From assembly GCF_006345805.1 (NCBI RefSeq), contig NC_043005.1, positions 90,520,001-90,584,000 on the forward strand: DNA of 64,000 nt, read 5' to 3'. The first letter of the stretch is position 1; every line of letters begins with the position of its first letter. Made by a program: the position numbers and the translations under genes. Below the pieces are notes generated by a model, which was not told the DNA's origin, made no database searches, and worked only from the letters and a program-made list of their open reading frames with translations. The stretch comes from Octopus sinensis (taxonomy: Eukaryota). Positions 50,620 to 63,531 of this stretch are shown piece by piece.

Positions 50620-53040
50620 CCTGCAGCCTGTGTCTCAAAGTCAGCAGTTCATCAAGCAGAAATCGATAAAATAAATGCCAGATTGAAATACATACTGAGG
50701 TCACCTGGTACTGAGGTCACTGGTTCACCTTGTCCAGCACTACTAGGTCTGGCTTGTTGTACTTTAGCACCTGATCTGTTTGGATTGGGAAATCCCACAG
50801 GATTTTGCAGGTCTCTGACTCTGCCACTCTCTGTGGTTCGTGCTCATACCACATCTTGCCCCTCTCTAAACCCCCACTTTTTGTGCAATTCCCAATGTAG
50901 CACTTTTGTTACCTCATCATGTTGTCACAACTTGTTGTGGTTTTGGGCAAGTCTAGGGCATTCATTTGTGATATGGGTAGTGGTTTTGTCCAGTCTGTTA
51001 CAGATGTGGTACAGCAGAAACACTTGCTCATTCCTAAAGTTGACCCTCTAATTTGCAGCCAAAACTTGGTCTGGCACCACCAGTATGGTGCTCTCAGTCT
51101 CTTTCTTCAGTGCTCCTTTCTTCACCTAGTCCCATTTACATTTGCCAGCAACTTCAGTTGTGGCCGCATAGAATTCATTGTGTAGCCCCTTGTTGTGTAA
51201 TACTTCTTCATGTTCATTTTGTAATTCCTGCTCTGTTTTTCTATTTTCCTCTGCTTTCAATACTCCCTCATTCATAACTGACTCTAGCAAGGTTTCCTTA
51301 CTTTGGGAGAGGTGTCTCAGTAAACTTCCTACTTCGTTACATATGCAGTCTTCCACACTCATCAATCCGCTTCCTCCATCTGCTCTTTTCATCTATTGGC
51401 AATCAGTGTCTGCACATGGATGATGAGCTCCATGCATCATTAAGAGCTTTCTTGTCTTCCTGTCCAACTCCTTTAGCTTCTGCTCTGTCCACTCCAGAAT
51501 CCCAGCACTATACCAAACTACTGTGACTACATGCAAGTTTATTGCTGAAATTACAAGGTACTAATTATGTTTACGCAAAAATAACTTAATTACCCAAGTT
51601 TTAACATCATTGCCTCCAAAGGAGTCTCCTTGTGCAGCAATGTACCGGTCCCTGTGCAATTCACTCTGGGTCTTGACAACAGTGTTAAAACGATGATATT
51701 TGAGCTGCATTTTCATCTTGGGGAAGGGATGGAAGTCTGCAGCTGCTTAATCTGGCAAATAGGGCAGGTGCAGAAATGATACCATGTTGTTTTTGGTGAG
51801 AAACTCACGAGTGAAGAGAGCTCTGTGAAGAATCCAATTCTTTATGCTTCATGGATCCGGTCACTTTCATCAAATGTCCTCCCTCAAATTCTTTAAAACA
51901 GTAGAACTCTCAATCGATGGCCTGGGCCTGGGTGAGGAGGAATTCTTGATGCACAAAACCACATTTCTAGAGTTAACACTTATGGCAGCTCTTCTGGATC
52001 GCTCATCATCTTCCAGGGACATTCTTCCACTCTTGAAGAACCCATGCCACTTAAAGCATGGCATAAACCCATTGCCTCATCCCCATAAGCTTACCAAAGC
52101 ATGCTCAATGTCTCTGTAATAGACATCCCAAGTTTTAAACAAAATTTCATGCTGGCTTTTTGTTCTTGACCATGACAAAACCACAGACTACAGCAATACA
52201 CATAATCACAAAAACACAAATTTCACATCTTGGTAAGTAAACAGTGATGTCATTTGGCACCCTGCCTCATGACGGACACTGCCAGCTCTTACTCTGCATG
52301 CAACTGTGTGCTGTCATCTGTTGATATGCTACAGAACTATAGTCCAAGAGCTTTTTGATATCATTTTGTATGTTTCTGGCATTCAGCTTTGAAACCAACA
52401 ATTTTCTCACCCACTGCAGCTACATTTTCTTTCTTTCCATTCATATCGTTGTGCTTAATTCCATCTGTTCCAAGTATTCCTAGATATCTATATCTGGATT
52501 CAGGTTCAATTTCCTTCATCATTTCACCACTTGGCATACATATGCCTTCTCTCCTGACAATACTTTCCTCCTCTCATCACTATTGTAGCACATTTTGAGA
52601 GTTGAACTCCATCTTAAGAAAATCCGCACAGACTGGACTAAGCTGTCCAGTTCTGCCTCACATTTTGTTAACAACTTCAAGTCATCCATGAATAGCAGGG
52701 GGTTCAGTTTTCCCTTACCGCTTACCGGATCATACTTCAGCTTTGTCTTCTGCAGTGTTTCACTCAAGAGAATAATTCCTAGCACAAAGATCAGTGGGGG
52801 GACACTGTCCCACTGGAAGATTCCTCTCTTGATTTTTACCTCTCCTAATACCTCATTCCCTGCTGTCAATTCAGTTTTCCAACATTTCATACTGTTCCAT
52901 ATAAAGTTTCTTGTGTTTTCTGCTACCCCACATATTTCCATGGTTCTTGTTACCCAAGCACATTGTATCATACTGTATGCTGTATGATAATTAATTCATG
53001 CCATGCTCAGGTTTGTGTGTCTTCTCTTGCAGTTTCTGAT
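50620..53040 (-). mobile_element. R4/Dong-like non-LTR retrotransposon (RT, CCHC, RLE), degraded and interrupted by mariner
   Basis: KIKRGIFQWDSVPPLIFV, LLFMDDLKL, GGSGLMSVEDC, RHDEVTKVLHWELHK and KILWDFPIQTD..NKPDLVV. Confidence 0.85.
51560..52330 (-). mobile_element. Mariner transposase fragment nested in the R4-like LINE
   Basis: CFKWHGFFKSGRMSLEDDERSRR (mariner HTH-region motif). Confidence 0.8.
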
Positions 53041-53139
53041 AATTAGATTATCAATTAACAGTTGACTTTTCATTCCAAGAAGTTCACGGTGGTGAGATGG
53101 TAATCTTGATGGTAATTTTTAGTCCAGACCCCTAGACCA

Positions 53140-53270
53140 CAAGCAGAGGCAGGATGCTCATGCAGGGACCATAACAGATGCCCAGTGAGAAGCAACTGCA
53201 AAACCAAGGGAGTCATCTATGAAACTAAGGTGTATGCTGACCCTAATAGCAGCAGCAACATCAGCAGCTC
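53140..53270 (+). mobile_element. Penelope GIY-YIG N-terminal cysteine-motif fragment
   Basis: GCSCRDHNRCPVRSNCKTKGVIYETKV resembles the CxCR..CPL.G.C....VVY motif. Confidence 0.65.
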
Positions 53271-53282
53271 ACCATTATAAAA

Positions 53283-56200
53283 TGGTGACCCCGACATAGA
53301 AAAAGGATTTTCAGCAGCCGCAAAGCTTTATTGTTGCAGATGCCTCACTTGAACTACAGAATGGCAGCTTTCACTTGCATTCTCAACCAAAAATCAATGG
53401 CCCAACGTCAGGATATCTTCTCTCATTCAAGTGAACCTTTAGAATTCAGGTTCTTCGCCCTAAACTCGTATCTAGAAGAATATGCAAGGAAAATACATGG
53501 AATTCTTTCAAATAATCTCCTGTTGAAGTAATTTCTCCCATAATATTGACCATCAACGTTTGTTACCAGTAAATACACCAAATTCACCTACGGAAGAACA
53601 CTTCAAGCAAGCTGACCATCAACTTCCAGCCATCATTCCTGTCTACCACAATATCTGGGTTGCCTCACGTGGTGAAACACAACATTACCAGTTTGCCCAC
53701 CATTTGCTGATGGTTTCTTAAACAACAACAGAAAAAATACAAAAAAAAAGGAGCACACAAACATTTCTTTTTCAGCAGACTGCAACACAGGTTTGGTGAC
53801 TAAAAAAAAAAGGAAAAAAATTTTTTTTTATTACTACACACTGTACACAAAGAAAAAAAAATCAAAAATTTTGTTAAGTAAAATTTTTTTTTGCACACAC
53901 GTTACTGTTCCAGCAACACTTTGTAAGTTCTTTGGTCCTTTCTTTTCCCTCCTCTGTAAAGAAAAAATAAAATGAGTCTTCCCCATTTACCAGCATACTC
54001 TGGTGACATCACGCTTTGGTTTGCCCAGTTGGATGCCTATTTTTCGGTCCATGCGGTGCCTCTCAAACAGCAACTAAGTCTATTGTGCTGTGGGATTCCT
54101 ACCCTTCTTGCACGCCCAGTGAGAGATCTTATCACTGACCCACATTCAGACGTGACTTGTGCGTCCATTAAATCTGAGGTTCTCCAACGGAACACCCAAT
54201 CTGCCAACAGCAAATTCCAGACGCTGATGCCATCTGAGTTTCTTCGTCATTTACCTGAACTCAGCGACACATCACCAGAGGACAATTCTCTGCTCCGAAA
54301 ATTATTTTTGTCTTGGCTGCCGCCGAATGTCCAATCCATACTGGCCACAGTCAAACACTCAACTCGCCATTATATCACTACTTCTGGACCACCCGTTTTT
54401 TCGCGTCCGCAGCATCTCGCTCCTGATTGGCTCAAAAAGGCTTGTTCTGAGTTTGAATATATGCTTCAACTTAGCCTTATTCGCCCCTCCACCAGCCCTT
54501 GGGCATCTCCTCTACATTTGGCAAGGAAAGGGGTTTCAGACTTTCGCCCAGTGGGGGATTACAGACATTTAAATGCGGTCACTGTTCCCGATAGCTATCC
54601 TATAAAGAATCTCCAGAATTTATCTTCGAACTTGCATATTTGTACCATTTTTTCCAAGGTTGACCTCAACCGGGCTTATCATCAGATTCCAATGAACCCT
54701 GATGACATTCCCAAAACTGCCGTACCTCCTATTTATGAGCTTTGGTTTGCAGAATGCAACGAGTACATTCCAGAGGTTTATCAATGAAGTTGTCTGTGGA
54801 CTTGATTTTGTGCTCACTTATATCGATGATTTGCTCATAGCTAGCGACACGTATGAAAATCATCTCCAACACTTATCTCAACTTTTTCAGTGTCTTCGCA
54901 ACTAATATGTGTGAATCAACCTCGATAAGTGTGTTTTCAGGCAGTCCCCTCTGGAATTTCTGGGGCATTACATCGACTCAAATGGTATCAGACCTTTCCC
55001 TTCCAAAGTCGATGGAATTCAACACATCTCACCTCCCACTTCTCTACACCAATTGCGTCACTTTTTGGGAATCGTCAACTTCTATAGATGCTTCATTTGT
55101 GATTGTGCAGACAAGTCACTTCCATTGACTGAACTACTGCAAGCAAATACAAAAAGAGATGCTCCTATCACTCTCTGCCGAGGCATTATCTTCGTTTGAG
55201 TCAATCAAGAAGGAAATAGCTTCTGTCCCTTTGCTTGCACATCGTCTCTCTTTAACAGTTGATGCACCAGATTCTGCGGTTGGTGCTGTTTTGCAACATA
55301 CCATCAACAATCAAACTCGGCCTGTGGCATTTTTTTCTCGTCAATTAAAACCAGTTGAATGTCATTACAGTACATTTGATCATGAACTCTTACCGATCTA
55401 CCTGTCAATTCGTCCCTTTCAGCATCAACTCGAGGGCCAGGATTTTGTGATTTATACTGATCACAAGCCCCTTAAATTTACTCTGACATCCAAATTGGAC
55501 AAACACTCGCCTCGTGCTTTTTGTTACCTGGACTGCATTTCCCAGCTCACGAGTGACATTTGGCATATACCTGGAACAGAGAACATACCTGCTGATGCAC
55601 TCTCATCTCCCTGTAAGTTCACTTTCATCTCCTGCTGCAATCGATTTAACTGCCATTGCACAGGATCAGCCAGCTCTGGACACATTGGATCTGACTTTCA
55701 CCAAGCTGTCCTGTTGCAAGTTTGCCTATCTGAAAGTACAATCCTTTATGACACAGCTACTGGTTCTCCCAGACCATTTGTACCTGTGACCCCGCCCCCA
55801 GCATTCTGTTTTCAATGCCTTGCATTCACTGTCACATCCTGGCATTGCTGCCTCTGTGAAGCTTATGATGGCTCGGTTTTTCTGGCCTAATGTGTGCGAT
55901 ATGATCACCGTTTGGGCACACTCTTGTGTGAAATTCCAGCATTCTAAAGTCCACAGGCACATTCATGCTCCTCTTGGACAGTTTTCTCCATTGGAGACTC
56001 ACTTTCGCCATGTCCACATTGATCTGGTTAGACCATGGCCTGTCAGTCGTGGGTTCTCTTACATGTTGATATGCGTCGATCGTTTCTGTCATTGGCCTGA
56101 AGCCATTCCAATAGTGGACATTTCCGCTGAGTCAGTTGCTTGAGCTTTTGTTTCTAACTGGATTGCTCGCTTTGGTGTCCCAGCTAAAATAACCATTGAT

Positions 56201-56950
56201 TGTGGACACCAGTTTGAAGCTTCTTTATTTCATGAATTGTCGCAAATCCTAGGCATTCATCACATTCGTATGACCAGCTACCATCCAGCTTCCAACGGGA
56301 TGGTTGAACGCTTTCACAGGCAACTGAAAGCTGCTTCACGTGCCACTCCTGATCCACAGTCTTGGACAGAATTCCTGCCTATCGTTCTTCTTGGTTGTCG
56401 CACTGCTGTTAAAACAGACTTAGGGTTCTCCTCTGATGAACTCCTTTACGGTACCATCTTGGCACAATGTTGGTGCCAGACAATTCTTCACGTCCTGATC
56501 CAATGTCGTATGTCACCAGACTTTGCTCGTATTTCTCAAGTCTTCCACCCATGCATCTGTGTGACCAGTCTATTCCCTCTCACGTCCCACCGGACATTAA
56601 CAAATGGACTCATGTTTTTGTTCAGGATGATTCTGTCAAGGGACTTCTCATTTCTCCTTATAAGGGACCATTTTGTGTGCTATCGTGCACACCCAAAACT
56701 TTTAGTCTCAACATCAATGGTTAGGCAGAGACCGTGTCGGTCGACAGACTTAAAAGGGCACATTTTGAGGTGTCCACACCCTTCGATGACACCCCAACCA
56801 TGCCCACTTTTGATCCTTTGCAACCACATATAAATCCACCTGCACATGCACCTTTGACCACACCATCACTTACATCTCCACCTTTGTCATCACTACCTAA
56901 CACAAACAAACCCTATGCCACCAGGACAGGCCACACTATGCATTGACCCC
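53283..56950 (+). mobile_element. Gypsy/Ty3 LTR retrotransposon internal region (PBS, gag, RT, RNase H, integrase), degraded
   Basis: PBS TGGTGACCCCGAC at 53283-53295 (complementary to the tRNA-Trp 3' end). gag LWFAQLDAYF; RT SPWASPLH..GDYRHLN..YIDDLLIAS; RNase H LTVDAPDSAVGAVL; integrase SHPGIAAS, HVHIDLV and YHPASNGMVERFHRQLK. Frameshifts and stops present; no LTR pair found. Confidence 0.95.
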
Positions 56951-57134
56951 AAAAACTCACTAGAACTATTTACATCTAACTTTTTTCTTTTTTCTTCCTC
57001 TGACAGACAATCGTTTTCTCGTCTGCTGAACATTACCAATGCCTTGTCATTGAACTCTGTAAAATAATATTTTGTGCATGCTCCTTTTATATTGCTTGTG
57101 ATTGTTTTTTCTCAATTTCATATTTTATATTATA

Positions 57135-57420
57135 CTAGCAGGGTTTGTTTCAACCCTTTAGAATAGGAATTTTTGAAAAGTAAAAATTTTGCATTATGTA
57201 GCTTCTTATTCTCTTTAAGTGAACATTTTTCTGGTTGAAATACACCAAAAAATGGCGACACAGCAGTCAAAAAATGGTTAAAAAATAGGGATTTTCATAG
57301 AAAAAAAGCACGTTTTTGATGTAAATAATTTTTTGTGTTAACATGGTCCGATTTGAATTTTTTCTTCTACGGCATGAAGAGCAAGCCTTCTTCTATCATA
57401 ATCTCAATTTTGGTCAACTT
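57135..57420 (+). repeat. Non-autonomous DNA-transposon-like repeat (possibly Helitron-type)
   Basis: Starts tatactagcag, a start also seen near 34150. Classification is by recollection of similar repeats only. Confidence 0.3.
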
Positions 57421-58699
57421 GCGCTGCAGGGTTTCGGAGGAGATAGTGTTAGTTGAAGGCTACCAAACCTGCCATACACAGACAACTTCAGCTTTATATA
57501 TAGAGAGGTTTTGTACCACATCTTGTTTGTGATTGGTGACCATCTTTGCTTTCTTGTGCCTGCTCCAGTCATTCTAATTTTTGCACTGGCGTTCTCAGGA
57601 GGGAACTCCTGTAGTGTGATACAAGAAGCCAGCACCATTTTGTACGAGATCTCACCTGCGGCCATTGCCAGGTCCAAGACAAGAGCAAAATCTCACCTAC
57701 AACCATGTTTACCATGCACGAGACCACAGCGAGGCTCTCGTGGGCAACATCTATTTAAGGAGGTGTATTGATCAACACGTTCTTTTCTCTTGCATTGGCA
57801 CTCACGTTGAACAACACTAGCAGCTCACAGAAGATTCTTAACCTGCTCTAACTTTACCCGTTATCTCCAGAGGTAATGTACCTCTTGCGAACGGGGCTAA
57901 CGAACTACATGCTGACATACAGATGGTCCCCGGGGCGCAAACCCCATGAAATGAGAACCAAATAAACAACGATTGAATTGCATCTGCTTGTAAGCCTCTT
58001 CTTCTTTGAGTTCCAGAATCCTAAGACTACAAAAAACAATTGTAATGGGAGAAGGAGATACTCCACAGGTATCAGGAACCTTCTGGTCCCATTATAGAAA
58101 TTTTCTGTACGAAGGCGCAGGAGTGGCTGTGTGATAAGTAACTTGCTTACCAACCACATGCTTCCAGGTTCAGTCCCAGTGCATGGCATCTTGGGCAAGT
58201 GTCTTCTACTATAGCCTCGGGCCGACCAAAGCCTTGTAAGTGGATTTGATAGACGGAAACTGAAAGAAGCCCGTCGTATATATGTATATATATATATATA
58301 TATGTGTGTGTGTTTGTGTGTCTGTGTTTGTCCCCCTAGCATTGCTTGACAACCGATGATGGTGTGTTTATGTCCCTGTCACTTAGCGGTTCTGCAAAAA
58401 GAACCGATAGAATAAGTACTAGGTTTACAAAGAATAAGTTCCGGGGTTGATTTGCTCGACTAAAGGCGGTGCTCCAGCATGGTATCGGTTTATCAATTTT
58501 TCAGCTCATCGATTGTTTTTTTTTTTTTTTGGAGTCCTAAGTAATGCAGGCATCCAGTTTGAACAAAATATGTCAAAACTGGTAAAAGTCATGGTTGAAA
58601 ATGGGGTGTAGCCAATTTTTGTGGGAAATTCTTATCTGCCTCCCCCCAGACTAAGTAAACCTGTCTCCTAACTCCCCTTCTGGCAATCTGATACAATTC

Positions 58700-59800
58700 C
58701 CTACTATCACCGTTCTTCTAATCCTTCCATGCCTGTTTCTTTTCCCTTATGACTCTGTCAACTACACTGTTCCATCACCACATTACCTTGAGTCAAGAGG
58801 GGACTTTGCACCATCCACAGATCTGGTCAATAGCCCTCAACAGGTTGTCCTGTAGGAACCCCCAGTTGTCTTCCATATCATGTGATGCTATATCCCCCTC
58901 TATTTCGTCAAAAGATTTGAGTAATACGTTTCTAAATCTCTGTCCATTCACAGGATCCTTAAGCTTCCAGACCCTTCTTCTCCAAGCTGGTCGTCTTCTG
59001 GGCATCCATTTAGCCCTGATTCTGAAGTTGCTAACTACTAATCTATGTTGTGGGGTGCATTCTTCACCTTGGAAGGTTTGGGCATTTATTTGTAGCCATC
59101 TTTCCCCATTTCCTGGTGAGAACTTAATCAATTTGACTAGTGTGTCCACCAGATCGGTAGGTAAATAGGTGACCATAAGATCATTTGCATTGCAGAACTC
59201 CAGCAGCCTGGTTCCCTCCTCATTGTGGGAACCAAAACCATAGCCACCATGTATGCCATAGAAGTCCTCTGCACATTGTCCAACATGCCCGTTGAAGTTG
59301 CCAGCCACAAAGAGAAGGTCCCTGTCATTTGTTGAGGAGGTAGTCTGCAAGAGGGGGTCATAAAATCAATCTTTCTCTTCGTCAGTTAGCCCTGGCTGAG
59401 GGGCATAAGCTGAGATAATGGTTGCTAATCCATGTTGCAGCACTAATTTAATCTTAAGTATTCTATCACAGACTCTGACTAACTTGATTACCTTATCAAC
59501 CCATTTCCCTGCAAGAAGTATACCCATGCCCCCGGCCCCATCACTGTTCCCTACCCAGAAAATCTTATATCTATGTTCTTTGTCTGTGAGGAACCTAGCA
59601 GAACTTCCTCCCCATCTAACTTCTTGGATGCAGCACAAATCTACACATCTTCGTTCAAGCATTTGAACAATCTCACCAGACCTACCTTTCAACATGCCAG
59701 CATTAAGTGTGCCAACTCTGAGGGCGTGGAAGGTGTGGGCCCGCAAAACCCTGGGATGGAAGACAGCAGCATCATGTACCTGAAAAGAAAGCTCACATTT
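58700..59800 (-). mobile_element. RTE-clade LINE AP-endonuclease region
   Basis: RVGTLNAG, CCIQEVRW, ISAYAPQPG, VAGNFNGHVG, NEEGTRLLEFC and QHRLVV. Confidence 0.92.
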
Positions 59801-60954
59801 GGCAGAACTCATAAACATACAATAGCTTTCAGTCTGCATACACTACACCATCATTTTATGCACTACATAATTACTGCATTACATAGGAGATAAACCCTAA
59901 GTAGGAATGGGGGGAAAAATTAAGCCTTTGGAGGTGTTCATGGGAAAGACATCTGATAGAAGTCAGAGGATAGAGACTTCTGGTATAGGTGGTGGGGTGG
60001 GAAGGGAGGGTGCACTGTGAAACGGCAAAAACTCAGGCTGACAATATGAAAGAATAGTAATAATAATAATGAGATAGAACTGGGCATTTGCATTCTTAGC
60101 TAGAGCTATAACCAAAAGTTTTCGGTCAGCCAAGGTGTGACAAAATTAGATAAATGAATGAATAAAATGACAATAATAAATGAGTGAAAGAGAGGAAGAA
60201 GGGAGAAAGAGGGGGTTGAGTGAAGGGACCTTAAGTTTTTTCTCAAAACATATTGGCATGGAAGACAAAACTGTGTTTACATAGATAGATAATGAAATAT
60301 ATAGCTAATGAAATTAAATAATAAAGTAATTATAATTTACATTGAAAAAGAGGTTTTAGATGTGTGCTAAGTTGGAAAACAAAGTTGTTTATCTGAACAC
60401 CTTGATTTCTACTCCATGTGGTGAGGTATTAAAATACGAGGTAGAAGAATCTGAATGAGCTAGTTTGTATAGGGTGGAGTGGGGTGTTGGGAGAAGCAAG
60501 TGGTTAATGAAACTGAGAGAGAAAATGAAGAAGAAGAGAGAGACCAGAGTTAAGCTGGTTGAAGACAGAACATGAGGAGATGGAATTTTAGAATTTAGGG
60601 TAACATAACTGAATGAATAGGTTTAACATTGCTGCTGCCAGTGTGAAAAAAAAAATAATATATATATATATCATCATTTAAAGTCCGTTGTCCATGCTGG
60701 CATGGGTTTGACGGTTTGACCAGGGCTAGTAAGCTGGAAGGCTGCACCAGACTCCAGTCTGATTTGGCAAGGTTTCTACAGCTGGATGCCTTTCCTAGCG
60801 CCAACCACTCCGAGTGTGTAATGGGTGCTTTTATGTGCCACTGGTATGGGTGCCATTTGTGTGACACCGGTACCTTCCATGACTGCAATTTTGCTCAGTT
60901 TGATGGATCTTCTTCTCAAGCATGACATAATGCCAAAGGTCTCAGTCATTGCCT

Positions 60955-61100
60955 CCATGAGGCCCAACACTCAAAAGAAATGCAGCCACTTTGCCTCCTT
61001 GGGGCCCAGTGCTCAAAAGGAACTCAACCACTTTGCGTCCGTGAGGCCCAGTGCTTGAAAGGAACTCAGCCACTTTGCCTCTATGAGGTCCGATACTTGA
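60955..61100. repeat. About 42-bp tandem repeat (3-4 units) inside a family-A SINE; related units at 38560-38660 in reverse orientation
   Basis: gaggccca..aaaggaactcagccactttgcctc repeated. Confidence 0.8.
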
Positions 61101-61319
61101 ATGGTGCTCTGTACATACCACTAGCATGGTTGCCAGTTACCTGGTACCAGCATCAGCCATGACTGTGATTTCACTTGGCTTGATGGGTCTTCTCAAGCGC
61201 CGTGTACCGCCAAAGGTCTCGGTCACTAGTCATTGCCTCTGTGAGGCCCAAAGCTTGAAGATCATGCTTCACCACTTCATCCCATGTCTTCCTGCATCTG
61301 CCTCAACCACAAGCTCCCT

Positions 61320-61640
61320 CTAGGAGCAGAAATCCTAAAAACACGTACAGTGTATGATCTTGGGATTCATTTGAGCAACATTGCATCAATGGAACAGCTG
61401 AGCTACTGGGACTCTACTCCCTAGAGTGAAGATGGGAGAAAACTGCAACTTTACTCCCTGGAGCAAAGGCATGAGACATATGCAATTATCTACATATGGA
61501 AAACTCTAGAGGGGCTAGATCCTAATTTTGGCATTGAGTGTTATACAAATGCCAGAACATTCCACCATTGTATTGTACCAAAGATACCATCGACTCCATC
61601 TAGATGCAGGACCAGGTACTGCAATAGTCTAGGGTAGGTA
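61320..61640 (+). mobile_element. CR1-clade LINE C-terminal fragment
   Basis: DLGIHLS, LYSLE and YAIIYIWKTLEGLDPNFG, the same family as the segment at 44880-45400. Confidence 0.6.
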
Positions 61641-62131
61641 ATCCAGATAGACAAGCACACACACACACACACACAAAAGAAGACTGAAACACATGACCAT
61701 ATACACACACAAGGAGATAGAAGTACACACACAAACACACAAACTCATGGATATACAGAATACACATATATAAAAACGTACACACATACATATATATATG
61801 CATACACACACACATACACACATACATACACACATGCATACATACATACACACATACATACATATGTGTATACACATGCACACTTATGCACACACATGTG
61901 CACAAACAAACAAACAAAAAGAATGCAGCTCTGTAGAGGTTGCAAGACAACGAAATTTTAGAAAAAATAAATAAGTAAATGGGTGGAAATTAATTCAGTG
62001 AATGTGTTAATTAATAAGGCATTAAAAGAGAACGACTCTCCTCAGACACAATACTATATGCGTGTGTGTGTGATTTGTAGAAAACACAAATCCGGAGAGG
62101 AAGCACCATCTAAGCTGTAGAGTGGTGTATA

Positions 62132-62339
62132 TTTTAATGGGGAAGGCCAGTTTATGGAATTACCCTGAGTTTTCCATCCATAAAGGGTCTAGCTTTACGG
62201 CATATTGTCAGATCCCAAAACCTGTTTTGAAGAGGTCTTAGGTCAACAGGTTTTGGGGTCTGACGATATGCCATAACGCTAAACCCTTTATGTTCAGGAA
62301 ACTCAGGGTAATCCCATAAACTGGCCTTCCCCATTAAAA
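62132..62339. repeat. Foldback palindrome with 95-bp arms and an 18-nt spacer
   Basis: 62132-62226 is the reverse complement of 62245-62339 with about 11 mismatches by hand count. Confidence 0.92.
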
Positions 62340-62504
62340 CACACACACACATATATATATTTTCATATGTATATATATTTATATATGAACATATATATAT
62401 GTATATATATATATTTATATATGCATATATATGAATATAAATTTTATTTGTTAGGGAATAAAAATTCCGGCATAACAGAGGTTCAAATTATTCTCAATGA
62501 AGAA

Positions 62505-62820
62505 ATATATTTTAATTTAGAGATAGTAGACCCCTACATCTCACCATATAAAAAAGAATTTTTATTTTAAATACCTACTGTTTTATTACTTGGCAACACG
62601 TGTTTCATGAGGTACATCCTCCGGTTACTAAACCACTCCGTGTTTTCCTGGGACCCTTCTTAAAATGTAACCCAAATCATCAGGCCCTTATATCACTTTA
62701 TCATGAGGATGTACCTCATGAAACACGTGTTGCCAAGTAATAAAACAGTAGGTATTTAAAATAAAAATTCATTTTATATGGTGAGATGTAGGGGTCTACT
62801 ATCTCTAAATTAAAATATAT
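62505..62820. repeat. Near-perfect inverted repeat with about 116-bp arms and an 83-bp spacer (Penelope-like inverted terminus)
   Basis: 62505-62621 is the reverse complement of 62705-62820 with about 2 differences. Flanked by AT/TA-rich sequence. Confidence 0.92.
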
Positions 62821-62823
62821 ATG

Positions 62824-62857
<34 letters not shown>

Positions 62858-63020
62858 ATATATATATATTAAATTAGAGATAAAACCACTATTAAGCAAA
62901 TCAAACAGTGAAAATCATAAACCAATACATAGAAATAAAATTAATTAATAAAATATAAAATTCAAAATTTAAATTTAAAGTTAAAATTTTTAAAATTATT
63001 TAAATAATTTATACCTATAA

Positions 63021-63067
<47 letters not shown>

Positions 63068-63516
63068 ATATATTTTATTATTATTATTATTATTATTATT
63101 TTGTATGTATGTATGTATGTATAGTGAGAAATTACAAAAAAAGCAAAAAACGAAGACAGGTGTGTAAACAACAAACAGATGTATTAGTTTAATGCTCAGG
63201 AAGTGAGAAAAATCTTTTACATTTCAAGCCTACGCTCTTCCACAGAAAGGAACACAGAAATAAACAGGGATAGAAAACAGAAAAAGGTACAGTGGCAACA
63301 TATATATATATATAAAATTAAATGGGTGGCTTAGTAATTTTGCCTTTATATATAATATAATATAATATACACATGTAATAAAATAGGATTTTTTCTCAGC
63401 AAGTACAAAAAATTTATTAAAATGAAATTGAAACTCAATAAAGAGTTGCTTTTTAAAACCTTTAGAAACATTCTCTTATTTTAGGGTGAAAAGCAAGGAG
63501 CATACCATTAACTTAC

Positions 63517-63531
63517 CATTAACAAGGCCAT
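63517..63531 (-). CDS. Uncharacterised secreted protein, first coding exon (MALLM)
   Basis: Minus strand reads agcATGG (good Kozak context), ATG GCC TTG TTA ATG, then a perfect GTAAGT donor (phase 0). An upstream acceptor (T-tract, ctcag) at 63608 implies a 5' UTR part from 63607. Joining to 48901 completes a signal peptide. Confidence 0.55.

Noticed and set aside
56950-57135. 3' LTR and polypurine tract of the Gypsy element
   Set aside because: No purine tract, and no sequence matching the region upstream of the PBS (which is a Penelope fragment). LTRs are not identifiable.
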